A stretch of DNA of 53,344 nucleotides, taken from positions 1-53,344 of the forward strand of contig JAUHXX010000001.1 in NCBI GenBank assembly GCA_030426825.1. Reading direction: 5' to 3'. The DNA comes from Bacteroidia bacterium (lineage in GTDB: Bacteria > Bacteroidota > Bacteroidia > Flavobacteriales_D > Crocinitomicaceae). The notes beneath the pieces are model-generated. The model did no database searches, was not told the DNA's origin, and was given only the letters and a program-made list of their open reading frames with translations. The position numbers and the translations under genes are program-made. Below, piece after piece: positions 9,470 through 17,601 of the stretch. Within the stretch, counting starts at the first letter, position 1; each line of letters opens with the position of its first letter.

Positions 9470-10210
9470 TTAAATTACTTTCGCTTCGTTGTGTAACAAA
9501 CTTACTAACTCAGCCATATTGTCTGGCTCTACATATTTACATGCCGATTTAGCCTCAGGTAGTGAATAACTTTGAAAGCTTACTAAATCATCACAAGCCG
9601 CAGGCTCAATCACCTCAAGAGGCTTTGTTCTAGCCGCCATAATTCCTCTCATGTTTGGAATTCTTTGTTCTGCCATTCCTTTTGCTGAGCTTACTACAAA
9701 CGGTGTGTTCACTTCAACAATCTCAACTCCTCCGGTCATTTCTCTATTAACCGTAGCTACACTTCCGTTTAAGTCTAACTTAGATGCAAGGGAAACAAAG
9801 GGCTGACCAAGCATTTCCGCTATCATTCCTCCAACTTGTGAACCGTTGTAATTAATAGTTTCCTTTCCGGTGAAAACAATGTCAAACCCGTTTGCTTTGG
9901 CATATTCAGCAATTTGAAAAGCCGTGAAATAAGCATCATTTGCTTCAGCATTTACTCTAACTGCATTATCAGCACCAATTGCCAGCGCCTTTCTAATAAT
10001 AGAATCATCTGCAGGAGTTCCTACAGTGATTGTAGTTACTGTTCCACCAGCGGCTTCTTTTAACTCTAATGCTCTTACTAAAGCATACCACTCGTCATAA
10101 GGATTTACAATATATTGAACCCCAGCTTCATTGAATTTAGAATTTCCTTCTGTAAAATCAATTTTACTTGTTGTATCTGGAGCTTTACTGATACATACTA
10201 AAAATTTCAT
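9470..10210 (-). CDS. etfB: Electron transfer flavoprotein beta subunit
   Basis: LVCISKAPDT, NPYDEWYAL, ALAIGAD, RIPNMRGIMAA; adjacent to etfA. Confidence 0.96.
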   Translation of the reverse strand: MKFLVCISKAPDTTSKIDFTEGNSKFNEAGVQYIVNPYDEWYALVRALELKEAAGGTVTTITVGTPADDSIIRKALAIGADNAVRVNAEANDAYFTAFQIAEYAKANGFDIVFTGKETINYNGSQVGGMIAEMLGQPFVSLASKLDLNGSVATVNREMTGGVEIVEVNTPFVVSSAKGMAEQRIPNMRGIMAARTKPLEVIEPAACDDLVSFQSYSLPEAKSACKYVEPDNMAELVSLLHNEAKVI

Positions 10211-10304
10211 GCGCTTTTACTAATTTGGTTATTGAGAATTCTCAAAATATTTAAAAATCAAGTCTTATAAGATAAATCTTACTCAACTCATTAATTGCGA
10301 GCCG

Positions 10305-10312
10305 CAAATTTA
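10305..10312 (-). promoter_or_regulatory. -7 promoter element (TAAATTTG) for etfBA
   Basis: Exact TAnnTTTG about 95 nt upstream of etfB. Confidence 0.55.
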
Positions 10313-10378
10313 TCAAAATTCTGTTCATCTTGTATAGAATTCGACAGCTTTTTTATTATGCGTGAATAATAAATTACC

Positions 10379-10900
10379 TTAGAGTTTTGATGTTAACTCT
10401 TTAGACATTGGCTTCGTTCCACTTCTGAATCTATGTTCTACTTTACCTTGCTCATTTACCAGGATTTTCTCAAAATTCCATTTGATGTCACCTACAAAAT
10501 CAACATTCTCTTGACTACACAACCATTTAAATAAAGGGTGGATATCGTCCCCTTTCACAGAAACCTTAGCTGCCATTTGGAATGTCACGCCATAATTTTT
10601 CTTACAGAAACCGGCAATTTCTTCATTCGTTCCCGGCTCTTGCTTCCCAAAATTATTTGCAGGAAATCCTATGATTACAAGTTCTTCTCCTACCTTTTCA
10701 TGAAGCTCTTGTAAACCTTCATACTGACCAGTAAAACCGCATTCCGAAGCAGTATTTACAATTAAAATCTTTTTCCCTTTGTAGTCTGCAAATGATTTTT
10801 TCTCTCCATTTAAGGTTTCGAATTCAAAATCATAAATGTTTTCTTGAGCAAAGGACGCTCCACCTAACACCATTAAGATCATTAAAATATTCTTTTTCAT
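10379..10900 (-). CDS. Glutathione peroxidase family (Cys-type), exported
   Basis: VNTASECGFT, GFPANNFGKQEPG, IKWNFEK; signal peptide begins at ATG 10900. Confidence 0.93.
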   Translation of the reverse strand: MKKNILMILMVLGGASFAQENIYDFEFETLNGEKKSFADYKGKKILIVNTASECGFTGQYEGLQELHEKVGEELVIIGFPANNFGKQEPGTNEEIAGFCKKNYGVTFQMAAKVSVKGDDIHPLFKWLCSQENVDFVGDIKWNFEKILVNEQGKVEHRFRSGTKPMSKELTSKL

Positions 10901-10941
10901 AATTTTTTGTTTTAGAACAATTGGACTGTAATTTAAGTTCA

Positions 10942-11325
10942 TTATTCAAGCCAATCAATCGCCAGTATGCACAACCATAATAACCCTAAGCCTATTCCGA
11001 AAACTATAAATAAGGCCAATAACTCTAACTTAGGGTAAAACGGTTTAAAATCCTTAGGATTATTAGGGTTTAAAGATAGATCAACCGTTTCATTTATGGT
11101 TGCATCTTGCGCAATTAAATAGGTTTTTTTATTCTCAAACTTTTCTCCTCTATATTCAAAACTGACGGTAACTATTTTACTCGGGGTTTTTGACCACCAA
11201 TTTTTTTCTTCTTCAATAATTTCGATTATCCTTCCTTTAACCCGTGGTTGACGCCAGCCTATAACCACCTTAACCAATAAGATTAGACCTACTAAAAGCA
11301 ATATGCAAGCAAAAATGAAAATCAT
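10942..11325 (-). CDS. Small membrane protein (DUF3592-like, two TM flanking a beta domain)
   Basis: TM, then VKGRII...VSFEYRGEKF...LNPNNP, then TM. Confidence 0.7.
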   Translation of the reverse strand: MIFIFACILLLVGLILLVKVVIGWRQPRVKGRIIEIIEEEKNWWSKTPSKIVTVSFEYRGEKFENKKTYLIAQDATINETVDLSLNPNNPKDFKPFYPKLELLALFIVFGIGLGLLWLCILAIDWLE

Positions 11326-11405
11326 ACTTTGAATTTAACTGAAAATGTTCATTCTATTGAAAAGCGCTAAGAATAATTAAAAGAAATCTTAACTATATTT
11401 GAAAC

Positions 11406-11987
11406 ATGTTTAAACATTGGTTTTATCTTCTTTTATTCTGCGTTTCTTGTTCAAATGAATCATCAAATTTATCCCTTGAAGAACAAGAAGATGTCGACAC
11501 AACTTCAATGCAAGATGTCTCAGATGCAGGCGTACAAACGAACTCAGAATTAGAAGAACTCAAAGCCTTTCAGATAGAGGATATGCCAGATAAATGGATT
11601 GCTCTAACTGATATTAGCAATGGTGAGGGAGAGTTTGCCATTGAAAAGTATTGTGATGCAGGCACCCCCGAATTGATGTTTTATAAAAATGATAGCGATT
11701 GGGAATTTTCTTGCTCATGGGGTCAGGATGGTGATTCTTGGAAAATTGACCATTTTGAAGGACAAGTCACCGATAATTTTGGGTCAGAATTAATAAAAGG
11801 CTATTTTATTTTGAAAAACCAACTCGTTTTTCCATCAGATACGATAACTTTTTCGTGGCAAACAGAAAATAAGATGTGTCAATTCGCAGACCTAAGCATG
11901 TCAAGCGAATATTTTGTGTCAGAAAAAAACAGTTCATTCTACTCTGTAAAAGAAGAAGATTGTGATGACTTTTTTGAAGAACCTTAG
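11406..11987 (+). CDS. Hypothetical lipoprotein
   Basis: Lipobox CVSC, acidic linker, beta-rich domain. Confidence 0.8.
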   Translation: MFKHWFYLLLFCVSCSNESSNLSLEEQEDVDTTSMQDVSDAGVQTNSELEELKAFQIEDMPDKWIALTDISNGEGEFAIEKYCDAGTPELMFYKNDSDWEFSCSWGQDGDSWKIDHFEGQVTDNFGSELIKGYFILKNQLVFPSDTITFSWQTENKMCQFADLSMSSEYFVSEKNSSFYSVKEEDCDDFFEEP

Positions 11988-11990
11988 CCT

Positions 11991-13148
11991 ATGAAAGATC
12001 TATTCTTATTAAATCCAGAAATCACTTATTTAAACCATGGCTCCTTTGGGGCATGCCCAAGAGAAGTGTTTTCTGAGTATCAACGATTCCAATTAATGCT
12101 TGAGGCTGACTCTGTACAGTTCATGACTAAAACCGGGGTCCAACTTTTAGATGAATCAAAAAAAGCTTTGGCAAATTACATCAACTGTCCGAAAGAAGAT
12201 TTAGTTTATGTGACCAACCCTTCTTGGGCCATGAATGTTGTCATTAAAAGTCTGGATTTAAAAGAAGGTGACGAAATTCTGGCAACAGACCAAGAATATG
12301 GTGCAGTAGATAAAGCTTTTAATTATTATTGTAAGAAAACGGGAGCAAAATATATCCGACAAAAAATTAATTTGCCCCTACTTTCTAAAGAACAATTTAT
12401 TGAGGATTTTTGGAAAGGTCTTTCAACTAAAACAAAAGTGGTTTGTTTATCCCAAATAACAAGCTCTACCGCTTTAATATTTCCAGTAAAAGAGATCTGC
12501 GAAAAAGCAAAAGAACTTGGATTAATTACCATAATTGATGGCGCCCATGTACCAGCACATATTGATTTAGATTTAAGTAAAATAAAAGCTGATGTATACA
12601 CTGGTGCCTGCCATAAATGGATGCTGGCACCAAAAGGCAGTTCATTTTTATATGCCTCAAAAGAAATTCAAAACTCTTTAGACCCATTAATTATTTCTTG
12701 GGGTTATGACGCTCAATTTCCTTCTGATTCTCAATTTCAAGATTATCATCAATATCAAGGGACGAGAGATTTTTCTGCATTCTTGACCACGCCTGCATGT
12801 CTTGACTTTTTGAATAAAAACAATTGGAAGGATAAAACAGATGAAAGTAAGGCTTTGCTCAAACACTACTATCCAATTGTTGCAAAAGAACTGAATAGCA
12901 GCCCAATTTGTGAAGTGTCAGATGAGTTTTTAGGTCAAATTTGTAGTATTCCTATTCAAACTCCAGACCCAATAAAGTTAAAAGAAACGTTATTCAATGA
13001 TTACAAAATAGAAATCCCTGTGATGAATAATGTAGGGCCAATCGTTTATACGCGTCTGTCTTTTCAACCCTATAATTCCGAAAAAGAAATTGAAGTATTC
13101 CTGGATGCGGTAAGAGATATTAAAGGCAAGACGAATCTAATTGGCTAG
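11991..13148 (+). CDS. PLP-dependent class V aminotransferase (CefD/cysteine desulfhydrase/C-S lyase-like)
   Basis: YLNHGSFGACP, IDGAH, GACHKWM (PLP lysine), QGTRDFS. Confidence 0.9.
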   Translation: MKDLFLLNPEITYLNHGSFGACPREVFSEYQRFQLMLEADSVQFMTKTGVQLLDESKKALANYINCPKEDLVYVTNPSWAMNVVIKSLDLKEGDEILATDQEYGAVDKAFNYYCKKTGAKYIRQKINLPLLSKEQFIEDFWKGLSTKTKVVCLSQITSSTALIFPVKEICEKAKELGLITIIDGAHVPAHIDLDLSKIKADVYTGACHKWMLAPKGSSFLYASKEIQNSLDPLIISWGYDAQFPSDSQFQDYHQYQGTRDFSAFLTTPACLDFLNKNNWKDKTDESKALLKHYYPIVAKELNSSPICEVSDEFLGQICSIPIQTPDPIKLKETLFNDYKIEIPVMNNVGPIVYTRLSFQPYNSEKEIEVFLDAVRDIKGKTNLIG

Positions 13149-14395
13149 GCTTTTTCTTCCCAAATTTTCACCAAGTGAACCATGGTTTTGACTGCCTTTT
13201 CCATATCCTGAACACTCACATATTCATGTTTAGAGTGGATCCCCATTTCACCAGTAAATAAATTCGGACAAGGAAGACCCATGAATGAAAGTCGCGACCC
13301 ATCTGTTCCGCCTCTAATGATAACAGGTCGAGGCGTTATTCCTACTCGTTGCATGGCTTCAATAGCATTGTCAGTGACAAAAGGCACATCTTTAATTACC
13401 TCCTTCATATTCCGGTATTGCTCGGTAATTTTAAACTCTGCCGTTACACCCGGATACTTTCCGACTACATTGTCCAAAATATCCTTCAAGCGGTCTTCGT
13501 ATTCTTTCAGCTTCGCAGTAATGTGATCTCTGATGATAAATTTAACTGTCGCTTTTTCAAGCACACCGGTAAAGGACATTGGGTGAACAAACCCTTCGCG
13601 ATCACTAGTTGTTTCAGGAGACCATGAGTCTTTGGGAAGTTCATCAACAAATTCACTCGCAACTTTAATGGCATTGACCAATTTGTTTTTTGCATATCCT
13701 GGGTGCGCAGAAATACCATGAATAATCACCTCAACAGAATCGGCTGAAAAGCTTTCGTCTTCGATTGAACCTAAGACTCCACCATCTAACGTATATCCGA
13801 AATCAGCATTTAATCTTTCCATGTCGATATGGTCAACTCCTCTACCTATTTCCTCGTCTGGCGTGAACAATATTCTCACTTTACCATGCTCAAAACCAGG
13901 GTTATTCATCATAAAATTTGCGAAATCCATTATACAGGCAACACCAGCCTTATCATCTGCTCCTAACAAAGTGAGCCCAGAAGCTGTAATGATATCATCT
14001 CCAATTTTCTCTTTTAAATAAGGATGTTTTTCTGTTGTGATAATTTGCGTTGAATCGTCCGGTAAGGTAATCGGATTACCATCATAGTTCTTATGCAAAA
14101 TTGGTTTAACATGTTTTCCTGAACAATCCGGTGCGGTATCCATATGTGAACAAAAACAGATGGTCGGAATATCTTTTGAACTATTAGCTGGTATGGTGGC
14201 ATAAACATAACCCCACTCATCCATCTCAGCATCTGCCACTCCTATTTCCAACAACTCTTTTACTAACACTTTTCCAAGGTCTTTTTGTTTCATGCTTGAT
14301 GGAAACGTTGTAGAATTTGGATCAGCTTCGGTATCTATTTTTGCATATTCAATAAATCGATCTGCTACAGTGTGCAAGTAATTTTCAAGGTTCAT
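13145..14395 (-). CDS. pepT: Peptidase T (M20B tripeptidase)
   Basis: SHMDT, LGADDKAG, FTPDEEIGRG, IRGGTDG, GIHSKHE. Confidence 0.96.
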   Translation of the reverse strand: MNLENYLHTVADRFIEYAKIDTEADPNSTTFPSSMKQKDLGKVLVKELLEIGVADAEMDEWGYVYATIPANSSKDIPTICFCSHMDTAPDCSGKHVKPILHKNYDGNPITLPDDSTQIITTEKHPYLKEKIGDDIITASGLTLLGADDKAGVACIMDFANFMMNNPGFEHGKVRILFTPDEEIGRGVDHIDMERLNADFGYTLDGGVLGSIEDESFSADSVEVIIHGISAHPGYAKNKLVNAIKVASEFVDELPKDSWSPETTSDREGFVHPMSFTGVLEKATVKFIIRDHITAKLKEYEDRLKDILDNVVGKYPGVTAEFKITEQYRNMKEVIKDVPFVTDNAIEAMQRVGITPRPVIIRGGTDGSRLSFMGLPCPNLFTGEMGIHSKHEYVSVQDMEKAVKTMVHLVKIWEEKA

Positions 14396-14415
14396 GTTGG
14401 TAATTTTAAGGTGAC

Positions 14416-14423
14416 CAAATTTA
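14416..14423 (-). promoter_or_regulatory. -7 promoter element (TAAATTTG) for pepT
   Basis: Exact TAnnTTTG 20 nt upstream of the ATG. Confidence 0.55.
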
Positions 14424-14434
14424 ATAATTCTGAA

Positions 14435-15004
14435 TTAGTCATTCTTTCTTTCGCCAAAGAATATTCCCAGCCTCAATTTAATCTCGAATGAAATTTGCGC
14501 AAAAGTATGGACATAGGTATAGAGGTCCTGTTTACTTTCATAAACTGATGGGCCCGCTAAAAATTCAAAGTGGAATCTTTTTTTAAACCCACTCAATCCG
14601 ATTGCTAACATTCCGTGATGCACGAAATTATCGTGCTCTGAATCAGCTGATTTACTAAAATTTACGAAGGGTTTATAAGCCAAACCAACTGTAAAAAAGA
14701 ATAACCTTTTTAGTCCAAATCGGTGATGATGATAACAGCCCATTTCAAATCCAAAACTGTTTCGGCTGGCTGAAGTTCCCAAGTTCTGTTTAGACAATCC
14801 ACCAGTCAGGGTGTGGTAATTCCTATAACCGAGTCCACCCCAAAAATTATAATGATAAACTAGTCCGTAACCAAGTCTGACTCTCATCAGATCAATAGAA
14901 ATGCCGTGCTGATATTTCATTTGTGGCAATGTGTCCAGATAAAAATTCTGACTTTTGGCAGAGATGGCCACAAACAAAAAAACTATTAGCAACTTGGGTT
15001 TCAC
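14435..15004 (-). CDS. Hypothetical exported protein, possible small outer-membrane beta-barrel
   Basis: Signal peptide, Gly/aromatic amphipathic strands, LRLGIFF near the C-terminus. Confidence 0.6.
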   Translation of the reverse strand: MKPKLLIVFLFVAISAKSQNFYLDTLPQMKYQHGISIDLMRVRLGYGLVYHYNFWGGLGYRNYHTLTGGLSKQNLGTSASRNSFGFEMGCYHHHRFGLKRLFFFTVGLAYKPFVNFSKSADSEHDNFVHHGMLAIGLSGFKKRFHFEFLAGPSVYESKQDLYTYVHTFAQISFEIKLRLGIFFGERKND

Positions 15005-15045
15005 ATAAATAGAACAGTTCGCTATACTAAAAAGTTACTTTCAAT

Positions 15046-15078
15046 AAAAAATGGGCTTCCTTTAGGAGGCCCATTTTT
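15046..15078. terminator. Intrinsic terminator (U-tracts on both strands)
   Basis: A6-TGGGCTTCC-ttta-GGAGGCCCA-T5. Confidence 0.8.
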
Positions 15079-15128
15079 CAACAGTAAGTAGCGTTCAAGG
15101 CTTTGAGCGCTGTGTAGAGTTTCTGAGT

Positions 15129-15206
15129 TTAATTGACTAGGTGGATCACCTCCACATTTGCGCACACGAAAACTGTTTTAATTTCAGTTGCAACAAGATT
15201 AGTCAT
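15129..15206 (-). CDS. Candidate 25-aa small protein MTNLVATEIKTVFVCANVEVIHLVN
   Basis: ATG...TAA ORF below the ORF-track cutoff, A-rich upstream region, followed by a hairpin and a terminator. Confidence 0.45.
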   Translation of the reverse strand: MTNLVATEIKTVFVCANVEVIHLVN

Positions 15207-15510
15207 GATGGTCTTTTTAAAAGCCGTTAGCAAGAAATGCTAAAAAAATGGGCAAGTGGCTTCGTTGGACTTTTAATTCGAATTTTCTTATTCAAATTTA
15301 AATTCAAGTCAAAAATAACGTACTCAGAATAGTCATTTTTACTTTCAATAGAATTTAAGTTATGCATTCATTTAAAAATCGAATTAAGCTTTTAACGGTT
15401 TCAAACTAGGATTTTAACAACCTGTTCTCAAGGTGATCGCCAAAAGTTAGGGCAATTTACAACAAAATACTTTACAGCACAAATAATTTTTACGGCTTAA
15501 AAGCAATCTA

Positions 15511-16161
15511 TTAATAAACCCGAATTTTTTTAATTTTAGAGCCAACGTTAAAGTCAATAAAATCTATTGGTTCTAGATCTGATGATCCCGTTGGGTTGAT
15601 GTTACAATCAGCTCCGTCTAGAATAAACTGAACATCCTTTAATTCATCTGTTTCCATCACATATCTATCACTGATGTATGAATACCAGATGTGAGCATCC
15701 GGGTAGGCTACTTGAAACTCTTCAAGAGTAGAGCCAACTCCTACACCTTTGGATGTTTCATAATAATTAGACAACACCAACATTTCTTGAATATCTTTAT
15801 CTTCATGGTGTTCATCATCCATTTGATGATCCATTATTAACTCCAACACATCTTCAAGCTGATTGAAAATAACATTGTGAGTCAGCTCTGGACCTGGCTC
15901 TCCTTCGCTCATTTCTGACTTCACAAATTGACGCATCTTAAGTTCTGTTGGTAAAGTGGGCACTTCAGAACCTATGGTGAACAAGCCCACATTTTTGGAT
16001 GAAATGAGAATCGAATTGATTACCTCTGTTTCTTCTTCAGCAACGACAACTGAATCTTCCGTTACGGTCTCTGATACATTATTCGAATCCGTATTATCTT
16101 CATTTGATCCACAAGAAAAAAATAAGAATAACGGAATTCCGGTTATATAGATAGCTTTCAT
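15511..16161 (-). CDS. Hypothetical lipoprotein
   Basis: Lipobox FFSC; KGVGVGSTLEEFQVAYP; TATATTTG -7 element at 16184-16191. Confidence 0.8.
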   Translation of the reverse strand: MKAIYITGIPLFLFFSCGSNEDNTDSNNVSETVTEDSVVVAEEETEVINSILISSKNVGLFTIGSEVPTLPTELKMRQFVKSEMSEGEPGPELTHNVIFNQLEDVLELIMDHQMDDEHHEDKDIQEMLVLSNYYETSKGVGVGSTLEEFQVAYPDAHIWYSYISDRYVMETDELKDVQFILDGADCNINPTGSSDLEPIDFIDFNVGSKIKKIRVY

Positions 16162-16234
16162 GATTTTAGGGTTTAGGCTTTTTCAAATATAGTCAAACAA
16201 AGCATGCAAAGCAATAGCAATCAGTCAAATAAAC

Positions 16235-16816
16235 TTATCCGTGAATTGAAGCTTTTTGACCATACGATTGAATGATTTGTTCTTCAAATACCAGCCATTC
16301 ATTCCAACGTTGAGTTACCTTTTCTATATCCCCGTACTGCTTAGCAAAACCTAAAAACATGGTGTAATGATTCGCCTCTGAAATCATTAGCTTGCGATAG
16401 AATTCAGCCAATTCTGGATCCTTAAAGTTCTCTGACAGCACTTTAAAACGTTCACAACTTCTAGCTTCAATCAGTGCCGAAAACAACAGTCGATCAATAA
16501 AACAATCCAATCTATCCCCTCCTTTTTCACAAAACTTGTAGAGACGATTTACATAATCATCCTTCCGTTCTCTTCCCAATTCAAGCCCTCTTTTTTTAAT
16601 GATTTCATGCACCATTTTAAAATGCTCAAGCTCTTCATCAGCCAGTTCAAGCATAGCATCTACCAAATCAGTTTTTTCAGGATTTAAAGTAATTAATGAA
16701 ATGGCATTTGTTGCAGCCTTTTGCTCGCACCAAGCATGATCGGACAGAATTTCCGAAATATCATTTTCAACTATATTCACCCAACGAGGGTCAGTCTTTA
16801 ATTTCAATCCTAACAT
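16235..16816 (-). CDS. miaE: tRNA-(ms2io6A37) hydroxylase
   Basis: DHAWCEQKAA, EELEHF, LIEARSCERF, SEANHY di-iron motifs; start at MLGLKL. Confidence 0.95.
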   Translation of the reverse strand: MLGLKLKTDPRWVNIVENDISEILSDHAWCEQKAATNAISLITLNPEKTDLVDAMLELADEELEHFKMVHEIIKKRGLELGRERKDDYVNRLYKFCEKGGDRLDCFIDRLLFSALIEARSCERFKVLSENFKDPELAEFYRKLMISEANHYTMFLGFAKQYGDIEKVTQRWNEWLVFEEQIIQSYGQKASIHG

Positions 16817-16893
16817 GCTTTTTTCTTTCAAAATTAAGAATAAATGATTTCGGTAAAATAAATCTGTTCCCGAAACGACTTAATGAAGTACAT

Positions 16894-17106
16894 ATGAAAC
16901 TATATAACTTTAAAACCAATATTACGAGTAAAAAGAAAGCGCAAAATTTAATGCTCTTGTTACAGAATTACTTTAATATCATATCTGCCGAAATTGATTT
17001 TGAAAAGATGAAAGGACTTATGAAAATAGAATCACCTGAACTTTCACCAATCAAGGTCACCAAAGTTCTAAATGAATTTGGATACACTTGTGAGGAAATT
17101 AATTAA
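16894..17106 (+). CDS. Small HMA/copper-chaperone-fold-like protein (70 aa)
   Basis: FKTNIT...IDFE...MKIES...LNEFGYTCEEI; this is the 3' part of the 16696..17106 ORF. Confidence 0.65.
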   Translation: MKLYNFKTNITSKKKAQNLMLLLQNYFNIISAEIDFEKMKGLMKIESPELSPIKVTKVLNEFGYTCEEIN

Positions 17107-17443
17107 TCCTAGCGTCTATTATGGCTATTAAGTCATGCAAATTCAAGTCTTTTAATTCGGAAGAAGCAACCAATTGTTCTATATTCTCTGAGTTCTCTAA
17201 CAAAACAACTGGGCAATTAAATTTTTTCTCCGCGGCTGATCGTTGATTGCAATATTTAAACTCGGTATTCACCTTGATTTCCGAAATGAAGTTTGCCCAA
17301 TCTTTCTTGCTTCCAAAATTCCCATGAGTTATGGAGCATAAATCGCAGGCATAGGTTTTGGGAGAAAACACTTTATGTAAAAAATCAACAGATTGATTGA
17401 ACATGCCTGACTTAGCATTATAAATGAAAATTAGCTTTTGCAT
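17099..17443 (-). CDS. Conserved hypothetical protein with CxxC (thioredoxin-like)
   Basis: IFIYNAKSG...HKVFSPKTYACDLCSITHG...CPVVL. Confidence 0.75.
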   Translation of the reverse strand: MQKLIFIYNAKSGMFNQSVDFLHKVFSPKTYACDLCSITHGNFGSKKDWANFISEIKVNTEFKYCNQRSAAEKKFNCPVVLLENSENIEQLVASSELKDLNLHDLIAIIDARIN

Positions 17444-17452
17444 GACCTAGTT

Positions 17453-17486
17453 AAAATAACAAAGCCCAACGATTGTCGGGCCTTGT
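17453..17486 (-). terminator. Intrinsic terminator
   Basis: ACAAGGCCCGAC-aatc-GTTGGGCTTTGT-TATTTT; fully paired (two G-U) only on the minus strand. Confidence 0.75.
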
Positions 17487-17562
17487 ACACTACTTACTTT
17501 GGAATTACATACTGCTTTTGAAAAACGTTTTTCTCTACTTACAGAAAACCATGAAAAAACTC
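17453..17562 (-). ncRNA. Candidate small RNA (~105 nt) or attenuated leader
   Basis: Bounded by a TATATTTG -7 element and a 12-bp terminator stem; no meaningful ORF; two GTAAGTAG copies. Confidence 0.55.
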
Positions 17563-17567
17563 TATCT

Positions 17568-17601
17568 CAAATATAGCATTCATTTTAACACTAAAAACAA
17601 A
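17568..17601 (-). promoter_or_regulatory. Bacteroidota promoter (TTTG -33, TATATTTG -7)
   Basis: TTTG at 17601-17598 and TATATTTG at 17575-17568, 22-nt spacer. Confidence 0.6.

Larger units (their letters stand above)
15046..15440 (-). ncRNA. Candidate structured RNA or small mRNA (~390 nt)
   Basis: Lies in a 506-bp intergenic gap. Near-consensus -7 (TAACTTTTG, 15441-15449), hairpins at 15268-15310, 15227-15243, 15171-15189, 15141-15155 and 15090-15111, and a 3' terminator. Confidence 0.5.

Noticed and set aside
10379-10900. Possible selenocysteine GPx
   Set aside because: The active-site codon is TGC (Cys); there is no in-frame TGA.
15143-15153. 16S rRNA 3'-end fragment (GGATCACCTCC)
   Set aside because: The flanks do not resemble 16S rRNA or an ITS; kept only as an SD-like motif.
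16696-16893. 5' half of the 136-aa ORF
   Set aside because: It overlaps miaE antisense; the plausible start is ATG 16894.
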